From positions 1,947-65,946 of the IMG/VR virus record IMGVR_UViG_3300010391_000186: a stretch of 64,000 bases of DNA. One strand, 5' to 3'. The notes under the pieces were generated by a model that ran no database searches, was not told where the DNA came from, and was given only the letters and a program-made list of their open reading frames with translations. Shown in pieces: positions 53,687-62,350 of this stretch. Numbering within the stretch: position 1 is the stretch's first letter; each line of letters opens with the position of its first letter. The stretch is from a virus (Duplodnaviria > Caudoviricetes). The position numbers and the translations under genes were made by a program.

Positions 53687-54091
53687 ATGCAAATGACCAA
53701 AACAATACGAGTCCTATCCGCTCTATTAGTTATTTCTATAGTGTTTGTGTCTACTGCTACTGCTTATGATATTTCAGGATACGTGACGAACAACAGCGCA
53801 GGAATCAACGGGGCAACAGTAAACTACAACCTGAACAGCACATCCAGCAACGACACAGGATACTATTTCATGAATAATCTGACAGGAAATATAATAATAA
53901 ATTTCACTAGCAACCCAGTCTATTACTCAAATTCAACCTCTATCAACATGGACAGCAACAAAACTCTTAACATAAATCTCATAAAAAAACCCACAGGAAC
54001 GATAACCGGACGTGTATGTTCCTTTCCTGGTTGTCAAATTGAACAAGCAATACAAATCATTTCATCAAATCGGATACGGTGGTTTTTCTAA
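53687..54091 (+). CDS. Secreted carboxypeptidase-regulatory-like domain protein
   Basis: Signal peptide, ISGYVTN...GINGATV...GYY...PTGTITGRV. Confidence 0.6.
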   Translation: MQMTKTIRVLSALLVISIVFVSTATAYDISGYVTNNSAGINGATVNYNLNSTSSNDTGYYFMNNLTGNIIINFTSNPVYYSNSTSINMDSNKTLNINLIKKPTGTITGRVCSFPGCQIEQAIQIISSNRIRWFF

Positions 54092-54378
54092 AATCAGGAT
54101 TTATGAAATCTAAAGTTCAGGTTTTAAGATATTGTATTTGTGGAAAAATTTTACATCAAGGTAAAATGTGTTCTATTTGTTGGAATTCTCCAAAAATTAG
54201 AAAGCAACGTAAGGATAATTCGTCAGCAGCAATAAATCGTCCTGTTTAAAGTTTACAAAGTTCTCGTATATCACTATTTTTATAAATTTCTACAGATAGT
54301 GGAATTTAACTTTATCAAATATAAGTCTTAAACATTCTTTGAACTTTATATACTACAACGTAGTAGTTATAGAATTAT

Positions 54379-54936
54379 ATGAAAAAAATAACAGCGAAAA
54401 GATCAAAACAAAAACCCACTGTAGAAAGTTTAGAATTAAGAAAATTATACAGAGATGGTAAGATACTACGAACAGAACTTGAAGAATACCACTATATTAG
54501 ATATGGTTTTAAAAGCAAAGAAGATTTTCATTCTAAAATGCGGAAAGTAGTAATGACAATGATTCAGCTAGGAATTGATTGTGAACCCACACTATCAACT
54601 GAAACAAGAATCGGAAGAGTTATGAAATTACTTGGATGTTTACCTAATATTAAACTTTGCTGCGCTTGCTGTCCAGAAAACTCAGAATCTCAACAACATT
54701 TAGAATTCATGACTATTGATCATGTTAATTGTGGTGGAAGAAAACACAGGAACGAAAATAAATCTGGTCATAGTGATTATCTTTTATTAAAACAGGGATT
54801 CAAAGCCTCAGATTACCAAGTAATCTGTTATAATTGTAATTGCTCACTTGGTCATCGTGGCTATTGCCCACATAAACCTGAGATAAAAAGAAGCACTAAG
54901 TTTGAACATACTTCTAAGTGTAACGAAAAGACATGA
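54379..54936 (+). CDS. HNH endonuclease (homing-type)
   Basis: CCACC...FMTIDHVN.GG..HR...YQVICYNCN...CPH, preceded by AAGTCTTAAAC (54323) and TATA. Confidence 0.8.
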   Translation: MKKITAKRSKQKPTVESLELRKLYRDGKILRTELEEYHYIRYGFKSKEDFHSKMRKVVMTMIQLGIDCEPTLSTETRIGRVMKLLGCLPNIKLCCACCPENSESQQHLEFMTIDHVNCGGRKHRNENKSGHSDYLLLKQGFKASDYQVICYNCNCSLGHRGYCPHKPEIKRSTKFEHTSKCNEKT

Positions 54937-55034
54937 TTTTTAAATTCTAATGATATAAATAGTTCGTTTTGTATTTGAAGCTATGATAATGTTAGAAAAC
55001 ATCAACTATATATACTAAGGAATCTATAATAGAT

Positions 55035-55440
55035 ATTGCAGGTGACAAAACTAAATAGACCAAACCACTAAGAAAAACTTAGAACCAACGATAAGACTCC
55101 GATAGGGGCATTGGAATCCCCAGAAGCAGAAGTGCGTAATACTAAAATCTTCTCATATACGAGGTAGAAGTCCGAAACTGAGCAATCAGCATATAAGCGA
55201 CTTTGTTAGACGGCGTTAAGATGAGTATCAAACAAGATGAACAAGACATCTATAAAAAAGTCATGCTAGACTAAAAACAGCAAATCATTTTTCTAAATGC
55301 TATTAAGCAGTTCTAAGCGAAAACCAGCACTAATATAATACGCTGCAATAAACTCGGATAAAGAAGCATGTAGCTTCGTTTAATAGCATTTTCAGAATGC
55401 TTGCAAGATTGGGTTCAAATCCCGCGGCAAGCTGCAAATC
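55035..55440 (+). ncRNA. Candidate structured RNA or long leader ending in a tRNA-like domain
   Basis: About 400 nt with no long ORF after a TATA at about 55007. T-arm GGG-TTCAAAT-CCC at 55411-55423 and several hairpins. Confidence 0.4.
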
Positions 55441-55458
55441 ATAACGGAGGACACTAAT

Positions 55459-56636
55459 ATGAAGCAAACAAAAGCAGAATTAATAAAAGAAATTGAAGAC
55501 ACATGTATAAAGCTGATTGGAACAAGATTCAAATATAATCTACTTAATGGATTCCGTGGATATAAACACTGGAATATAAAGCAGTTGATAGAGTTCAAAA
55601 CACTCTATCTTTCTGATGAAACAGTCCAGAGCAAAGAGATTCGTGAAGAAGATGGAACGCTCGTAATTACAGATAATGAAGTTCCTGCCGGAATGGGAAA
55701 TATTTGTTACGATTAAGGAGGATATAACTATGGAAAATCATAAAGACGCACAGGAATTAATGGAAGCTGGAGTCGATATAGAAGATCTAAAAGCAAAGCA
55801 TTCATATCTAACTGATCAGAATAATACAAGATGGAAGTATGTGAAAAGCTACAATAATCCAGTCGGCATAGAAGTCTTAATACTAGAATCATTCTAAAGG
55901 AGGACATAAACATGACAACAATTGGTGAATCAGTTGAACAGTGGAAGAAAGAATACGAAGCTGGAGACATAGTACATAAGTATCTCGCAAAAGTAATTCT
56001 TACACTTGAAAAGTTTGAAGCAGATAAGAAGCAAGAATTTCTTAACACGCAGCCAGAAATCACAAGAGAACAGTATTTGGAAGCACTGGATAAGCATTAA
56101 AGGAGGACTATTATGACAACAAAAGATGAAGTAAAAAGCTTACTTGAAGAAGCAAAGCAGAAAGTTGAAGAAGCATCTGATTTAATGCAACAAGCAGCAA
56201 GATCATCAGACGAACTTGATTCTGGATATAATATGTCCGGTAATATGCGAGCATACGTGATAAATTATCTTACAGGAGGAATGGATTGCATAGCAGATAA
56301 GATCGATAAGTACATGGAACAGATCGATGAAATTGAAGACAGTGAAGATGAAGAAGAAAGTGAAGAGGAGGAAACAGTATGAGCAAGACAATTAAAGTTG
56401 AAGAAGTTAGACATTATGCAAACAAGCTTCTAAAGAACCCAAAGCTTTCACAGGAATTCAAGCAAGGTGTAGAAGCAATGATAGAGCATATTCTGCATAC
56501 TACAGACAACTATGGCGGATTCTCATACACTTACTGGAATGAAATAGGATATAAACTGTGGAAAGAAGCAGGAGAACCAGGATTTCCAGAGAAGCAGAAG
56601 TTCATCGGAAACGAACACGATAGATATTACTCTTAA
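55459..56636 (+). other. Array of small early genes (55459-55716, 55912-56100, 56113-56382, 56379-56636 and others)
   Basis: Each ORF has a GGAGGA-type RBS. Confidence 0.6.
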
Positions 56637-56653
56637 CTTTTTGGAGGACACAT

Positions 56654-57097
56654 ATGTCAAAATACAAAGAGTCAGAAAACTATAGGAATTATATGCAGTG
56701 GATAGCGGAAACAGAGAGTAGACCAGCAGTATCACAGCCAGAAGACGCTGCAAGGACAGCCATTCCTATGATAGAAGACATAACAAAAGAGTATTTCATA
56801 CTTCTCTGTTTAGACACTAAAAACAAAGTTATAAACAAGCAAGTTATCAGCATAGGATCTCTAAATGCAAATACTGTTCATCCTAGAGAAGTATTCAAAG
56901 CAGCATTATTAAGCAGTGCAGCGCATATAATAGTCTTGCATAATCATCCTAGTGGTGATCCAATTCCTAGTAGAGAGGACATTGAGATAACTAAGAAGCT
57001 GCATGAAGCTGGTAAGATGATGGGAATAGATCTTTGTGATCATGTAATCATTGGAGCAGGAAAGAATTTCAGTATGAAAGAGGCTGGACACATATGA
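56654..57097 (+). CDS. radC: RadC-like JAB domain protein
   Basis: VHPREVFKAA...HNHPSGDPIPSREDI...DHVII. Confidence 0.92.
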   Translation: MSKYKESENYRNYMQWIAETESRPAVSQPEDAARTAIPMIEDITKEYFILLCLDTKNKVINKQVISIGSLNANTVHPREVFKAALLSSAAHIIVLHNHPSGDPIPSREDIEITKKLHEAGKMMGIDLCDHVIIGAGKNFSMKEAGHI

Positions 57098-57382
57098 CAG
57101 AAATTGCTGTTGGAGAAAAAAGACTGCTTAAGATATGTGGATGCGGATACGAGAAAATCGTTAGTAAAGAAAGATGGACAAAGTGTCCAGAATGCGGTGA
57201 TGATAGGAACTGGGAGTTCGTTCCTGTTGTCAAAGGAAAGAGCGGACTATGGATTTAATGAGATGATAAAACATGGAAGACACAACAAAATTAAAAATAG
57301 TTCTGACAGTAATTGGATTAATATCAATTCTAGGACTGTCAGTTGTAGGACTGTTAATAGGAAAATAAACGGAGAAACAAAC

Positions 57383-57628
57383 ATGACAAAACAAGGAATT
57401 TCATCAATTACAGTTGCAGCACTTATAGAGATGTTGCAGGAACAGGATCAGAATCTACCAGTTGTCTTTGCATACGATTATGGAGATCACTGGCACACAA
57501 AAGTCGCCGGAACAATATCACAAGCAGACGTTCAGAACGTTCGCTACAGCGACTACCACAGGATGAATAAGATCTGTGATGGAGAAGAAGGCGAAGAAGC
57601 AGGAATAGAAGCAGTAGTTCTAGAGTGA
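57383..57628 (+). CDS. Hypothetical phage protein
   Basis: TVAALIEMLQEQDQNLPV motif. Start chosen at the ATG after GGAG. Confidence 0.55.
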   Translation: MTKQGISSITVAALIEMLQEQDQNLPVVFAYDYGDHWHTKVAGTISQADVQNVRYSDYHRMNKICDGEEGEEAGIEAVVLE

Positions 57629-57633
57629 TATAA

Positions 57634-57870
57634 ATGACAAGCAGAGCAGATAGATTCCAAGAAATAAAAGAAAAGATCATAACAGCAAAAGAAGAAATGG
57701 AAACACTAAAAGAAGAACTTCAAAACTGGCTTGATAATATGCCAGAGAACTTGCAGTCAAGCAGCAAAGCGGACACACTGCAAGAAGCAATAGACAATCT
57801 TGACAGCATAACAAGCTCTTTAGAAGATGTTGAAAGCACAGATGTAGAATTCCCAGGAATGATGAGATAA
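57634..57870 (+). CDS. Hypothetical helical phage protein
   Basis: DNMPENLQSS.K motif. Confidence 0.55.
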   Translation: MTSRADRFQEIKEKIITAKEEMETLKEELQNWLDNMPENLQSSSKADTLQEAIDNLDSITSSLEDVESTDVEFPGMMR

Positions 57871-57889
57871 AATAAAGGAGAAGATAAAT

Positions 57890-58969
57890 ATGAGATATAA
57901 AGATATGCAGCAGTGCATCACAATACTGAAGAATAGAGAAGAGAAACAGTCCGACCTAGTTGTGAAACCAGTGGACATTTTTATGAATGAAGATGCAAGC
58001 GTTGAAATTCCAACGCTAAGTCCAGCATCCATACCAATGACAGCATGGGCTCATAATCAAATGTCGAAAAAGCTAGACATTCCAACTGGATATTATAACA
58101 GGATGCTTGAAAGCGATAAACCGCTATTAAGCAACAATGTTAATCGCTGGCTACAGGATGCAAACAGTCTCATGATAAGGACAGAATCAGGAACAGCAAG
58201 AGCAGTTCTGAGCAGTAAATACAAAGTAGTTCAGAATCGTCTTGTTCTTCTTACTGTCCTTAACACGCTTACAGACATGCATAGACCGTTCATAACACGT
58301 TCATTATCTGAAAGTGATACCACGTTCTATGCAAAGTTTGTCGGACAAGAGACCTATGATATGGGCAAAGGAGATCTACACCGGGGCGGAATAGTCATAC
58401 GCAACTCGGAAGTAGGTGCAAGCAGACTCCAAGTGGATTTCTTCACATGTCGCTTATCATGCGGAAACGATGCAATATTCGGCGGAGAAGGAATCAGCAA
58501 AGTCCATATAGGGCGCAAGCTTGACGCAGGACTTATTGACTATGCATCCGATACAGTTGAAGCGGATAATGTTGCAATGATGAAAGCGATTCGTGACATA
58601 GTTCACACAGCGTTTGATCCTGCTGGAATACAAGTAATATATGACAGAGTGAAACTTTCAAAAGAAAATGTCATAAGCGAAACAGCACAAGTCATCCGGC
58701 AAATACAAGCACAGCACAAACTATCGGATCAGCTTACAGATAGACTTCTTGTATCACTACAAGGAAACACGCAATTCGATGTCGCTCAAACACTTACATT
58801 AAACGCACAATATATCACGAATGAAGACAAGCGTATTGAGATGGAAGAACTTGGTGGAGAACTGCTAATAATGCCCAAGACAACTTTCAACACAGCATTC
58901 AAAGTCAATGGAAAGGAACTTAGAATAGCTGCACCCGATGAAAACATAGATATGTCGGAATTTGCTTAA
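57890..58969 (+). CDS. DUF932/DUF945-family protein
   Basis: RAVLSSKY...IRNSEVG...RLSCGN...H.G. Confidence 0.75.
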   Translation: MRYKDMQQCITILKNREEKQSDLVVKPVDIFMNEDASVEIPTLSPASIPMTAWAHNQMSKKLDIPTGYYNRMLESDKPLLSNNVNRWLQDANSLMIRTESGTARAVLSSKYKVVQNRLVLLTVLNTLTDMHRPFITRSLSESDTTFYAKFVGQETYDMGKGDLHRGGIVIRNSEVGASRLQVDFFTCRLSCGNDAIFGGEGISKVHIGRKLDAGLIDYASDTVEADNVAMMKAIRDIVHTAFDPAGIQVIYDRVKLSKENVISETAQVIRQIQAQHKLSDQLTDRLLVSLQGNTQFDVAQTLTLNAQYITNEDKRIEMEELGGELLIMPKTTFNTAFKVNGKELRIAAPDENIDMSEFA

Positions 58970-59039
58970 AGCTTGGAAAAGTTTAAGACTAGGAATCTTT
59001 AAATATGAAGGATTCTAATGTAGTGAATTGTAGCAATGC

Positions 59040-59200
59040 AACAAGCAACAATAAGGAAAGGAACACCTTCAGCAAGTGTTCCACCTCCAAACCTATTGAA
59101 CATCTTCACAAGATGTCCTCTGCGAAGTCTTAGAGGAAAGGAACTAAGTTCTGTCACCTGCAATGCCAGACTTTTCTAACTTGTCAATAGGAAGCACCCC
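59040..59200 (+). ncRNA. Candidate multi-stem structured RNA or 5' leader
   Basis: GGAACAC/GTGTTCC hairpin. CCTATTGA/TCAATAGG encloses ACATCTT/AAGATGT, CCTCT/AGAGG and GGAAC/GTTCT. TATA at 58998. Confidence 0.5.
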
Positions 59201-59230
59201 ACAATTAAAAAAATAAAGGAGAAATCTAAA

Positions 59231-59902
59231 ATGAGTAAAAATAAGTCAAACACAGTAAGCGGAAACGCAGCAAAGACCGGAAAGAAAACAAAGACCAGCG
59301 AAGACCATCTTACAGCAGCAATGAAGGACGTAACCAAGATCCTGGAACTTAGTGAGAAAGGAATGGATACAAGTGAAATCGCTTCAAAAGTCAAGGTCGG
59401 AGTATCGTATGTCGCAGAAGTTGTTTCAAAAGGTGCGGACACAATGGAAGATCAGCTTCGTACAGGATACGGCATGCCAGCAAAGGATGCAAGTGTCGGA
59501 GCAGATCCTGGAACAGGCGCTGAGACCGTTAATACAAGCCCCATTGACACAGTAACAGAGACAAAGGCGGAGAAAGCTACAAGAGTCAAAGCGGAAAAAG
59601 CCGCTGCAAAGGAAAAAGCAAAAGCTGATAAAGAAGCAGCAAAAGCAGCAAAGAAAGCAGATAAACCTGAGAAAGTTTCTGCAGAGCCCAAAGCCCCGAA
59701 GGAAAAGAGAACAAGAGAGAACGCAATTCTCAAAGCACTTGAAGAATCTAACGGAGCAGGTCTAACACTGGAAGCAACTGGTGCAAGAGCCTGTGAAATC
59801 CTGAACATCACCAGAAAGTCCTGGACTGGAACACTTGGCGCAATGAAGAGAGCAAATGAGATCACATATAACAAGGAAAGCAAGCTCTACAATCTTCCTT
59901 AA
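59231..59902 (+). CDS. DNA-binding protein: HTH, histone H1-like Lys/Ala tract and winged-helix-like C-terminus
   Basis: GMDTSEIASKVKVGVSYV, KAEKAAAKEKAKADKEAAKAAKKA and ILKALEE...LT.E motifs. Confidence 0.65.
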   Translation: MSKNKSNTVSGNAAKTGKKTKTSEDHLTAAMKDVTKILELSEKGMDTSEIASKVKVGVSYVAEVVSKGADTMEDQLRTGYGMPAKDASVGADPGTGAETVNTSPIDTVTETKAEKATRVKAEKAAAKEKAKADKEAAKAAKKADKPEKVSAEPKAPKEKRTRENAILKALEESNGAGLTLEATGARACEILNITRKSWTGTLGAMKRANEITYNKESKLYNLP

Positions 59903-59926
59903 GACCGCTGCAAGTACAAACACTTA

Positions 59927-59960
59927 GGCGAGGAATAAAAACCTCGCCAACACTTTTTAT
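59927..59960 (+). terminator. Hairpin plus T-run
   Basis: GGCGAGG-N8-CCTCGCC followed by aacacttttt. Confidence 0.6.
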
Positions 59961-60098
59961 ATCGTTTTTATGGAGGACACAGCATGGATACTTCCGATCA
60001 TATTCTAACAGGAATGTTTATAAGTCTAATTATTATAGTTGTTTGTGAACTTATAAACATTGGATTAATTCTTAACTTGATATAAACGGAGGACATAT

Positions 60099-60434
60099 AT
60101 GGATGAACAAAGAAGAATATGGCTTAATGGACTCAAAATTGGTGATGAAGTTTGTGTTGAATCTAGTGGAACGCTAGGAACTTTTTACGATATTACAACA
60201 GTTGAAAAAGTAACTCACAAAGGACAGTTCCGAGTCAAAGAAAACTTATACAACAGTAATGGAGAACGCAGAGAAGGCTGGTCATACAGTAGTATAATAC
60301 CAGCAACAGATGAAATCAAACAAGGAATCAAAGATAGAAATAGACGCTATAGAGTTAAGAAAACAGACTTTGACAGCTTGACACAGGACAAAATAAATCG
60401 CATTTACAGCATACTTATGGAGGATAAATCATGA
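60099..60434 (+). CDS. Hypothetical SH3-like phage protein
   Basis: LKIGDEV...VEKVT.KG; GGAGGACA RBS. Confidence 0.55.
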   Translation: MDEQRRIWLNGLKIGDEVCVESSGTLGTFYDITTVEKVTHKGQFRVKENLYNSNGERREGWSYSSIIPATDEIKQGIKDRNRRYRVKKTDFDSLTQDKINRIYSILMEDKS

Positions 60435-61357
60435 GTGAAAAAGATGATATAATAAACACAGTGCAAGATTCCCTCGAAAACTTCTTTGAACCAAGAGGAA
60501 TAAAACCAACGCTGCGAACCATGTTCTATCGTTTGTATTCTCTTGGAATAATAGCGAACACAAAGTATTCCTATCATAGACTAGGAAAGTTCCTGGTAGA
60601 AGCAAGGAAAGACGGAATCATTTCATGGGAAGCTTTTTCTGATGGAGCGAAGCGTGAAGTCCTTGGAGACTATAAGAAAGCAGATAATATCACAGATCCA
60701 ATAGAAGATGCAAAAGATATAGTAAATTCCGTAGAATATCTAAGAACGCATCACACTTATAAGATAGGACGCTGGTATAATCAACCAGACTATGTTGAAG
60801 TATGGATTGAAAAGGATGCAATGTCTTCTACATTTGAAAAAGTATTGGAAGGCACAGAAGTACCTATTGCAGTAAACAAAGGATACAGTTCCTGGACATT
60901 CCTATACAACAATGCACAAAGACTTCTTCAGCATCAACATCAAAACATTCACGTTCTATATCATGGAGACTTTGATCCAAGCGGGCTGGATATGGAAGAA
61001 GGACATCTTGCTGAAGGTATGCAGTTCTTTGGACTAGATATAGATTTCCATAGGGTATCAGTTAATTTGGAACAGATAAAGCAATATAAACTTCCAGAGA
61101 TGCCTGGCGAAAAAGAAACCGTGGAAAAAGCTATGCGTGATCCAAGACTAAAGAAGTTCGTTGCAGAATATGGACGCTTGCTGCTTGTAGAACTTGATGC
61201 CATGCTTGCAATAGTTCCAGATGAATTCATAGAAATTATAAAGGATTCTGTGGATGAATACTTCGATCATGATATATACGAAGAAACGCTGCAACTACAA
61301 AAAGAGAACGCAGAAAAGAAGCGTGCATACTTACATGATCATATAGAAATCGTATAA
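60431..61357 (+). CDS. Topo VI-A/Spo11-like TOPRIM protein
   Basis: TLRTMFYRL (CAP-like Tyr), EVWIEKD, GDFDPSG and ELDA motifs. Confidence 0.7.
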   Translation: MSEKDDIINTVQDSLENFFEPRGIKPTLRTMFYRLYSLGIIANTKYSYHRLGKFLVEARKDGIISWEAFSDGAKREVLGDYKKADNITDPIEDAKDIVNSVEYLRTHHTYKIGRWYNQPDYVEVWIEKDAMSSTFEKVLEGTEVPIAVNKGYSSWTFLYNNAQRLLQHQHQNIHVLYHGDFDPSGLDMEEGHLAEGMQFFGLDIDFHRVSVNLEQIKQYKLPEMPGEKETVEKAMRDPRLKKFVAEYGRLLLVELDAMLAIVPDEFIEIIKDSVDEYFDHDIYEETLQLQKENAEKKRAYLHDHIEIV

Positions 61358-61377
61358 AACACAGTAAGGAGGACACT

Positions 61378-61776
61378 ATGAGTATGGATGATTTGATAAA
61401 GCTAGTTAAAATTCTAGCGTACACAACAAGCGCAAACGACAACGAAGCTCTTAATGCTTGTAGAAGAGCAAACACTCTTATGAAGTCAATGAACTTGACT
61501 TGGGAGCAGCTAATAAAAGATAAGACAATCGTTGTCAATGAAATAATAAACAACGAAGTGATTCCCATAGCAAAAGCAGCAAGTCCAAGCGGATTTAGAT
61601 CTGAAAACGTTGAAGTGGAATTAATGCTGCAAGTATGTATGAGCAGAACGAATTTCGCTCGCATGAATCCAACAGGACAAGCTTTTATCCGATCATTAAA
61701 CGATTGGTATCAGCGTAATCGTAGTCTAACAGATAAGCAAAAAGAAGCACTTAGAAACTGGTATAGCAGGATATAA
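61378..61776 (+). CDS. DUF2786-like protein
   Basis: KLVKILA..TSANDNEALNA..RA. Confidence 0.5.
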   Translation: MSMDDLIKLVKILAYTTSANDNEALNACRRANTLMKSMNLTWEQLIKDKTIVVNEIINNEVIPIAKAASPSGFRSENVEVELMLQVCMSRTNFARMNPTGQAFIRSLNDWYQRNRSLTDKQKEALRNWYSRI

Positions 61777-61786
61777 AGGTGATAAC

Positions 61787-62350
61787 ATGTCAGAAAATAA
61801 ACTAACTGTAATCGGAAACAATAAACTGGAAATAAAAGCAACAAAAATAATGAAATTCACTGGAGATAGATTTAAGGATGCAACTCCAGTCGTCCTTTTT
61901 GATATTTCTGGAAGCATGAATAATGACGATTGTCCGAGTGGAGAATCACGGATAGATGTCGTAAACAGAATCTCTAAGAAGATGCAGAACTTTCCTGTGT
62001 ATGCGTTTAGTGATAAAGTGCAACGCACAGAATATAGTGATCTTGTAGCTTCGGGTTCAACAGACTTAACTCAAGCACTTGAAGTCTGCAAGCACTATCC
62101 AAAAGTCATTCTAGTAAGTGATGGATGTCCAGACGATAAAGTATCAACAATGGTAAAAGCAATATCACTTGGAATTCCATTCGATACTATCTTAATTGGA
62201 AGTGAAGAATCAGGTAAAAAGTTCATGGAAGAACTGTCAAAGCGCACAGGAGGAAAGTTTTCCACAATAGCAACTTCTGATCTACAGTTCCAGGAAAAGC
62301 TAGAATCAGGAATCAATACGCTTCTTCTATGTGAGAGTGATAAAAAGTAA
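61787..62350 (+). CDS. von Willebrand factor A domain protein
   Basis: MIDAS motif DISGSM, GST and LVSDG.P. Confidence 0.85.
   Translation: MSENKLTVIGNNKLEIKATKIMKFTGDRFKDATPVVLFDISGSMNNDDCPSGESRIDVVNRISKKMQNFPVYAFSDKVQRTEYSDLVASGSTDLTQALEVCKHYPKVILVSDGCPDDKVSTMVKAISLGIPFDTILIGSEESGKKFMEELSKRTGGKFSTIATSDLQFQEKLESGINTLLLCESDKK

Noticed and set aside
55364-55440. Canonical tRNA, tRNA-Sec or tmRNA gene call
   Set aside because: Acceptor, D and anticodon arms cannot all form in one register, and there is no tmRNA-type acceptor pairing. Kept only as a tRNA-like candidate.
11996-57628. Long ORF-track starts at 11996, 45508, 45899 and 57104
   Set aside because: They overlap upstream genes, hairpins or promoters. 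Downstream ATGs with clear RBSs (12236, 45553, 46055, 57383) fit better.
59100-59170. Hammerhead ribozyme
   Set aside because: The core CUGANGA is absent (reads CUGCGA) and the stems do not match the topology.
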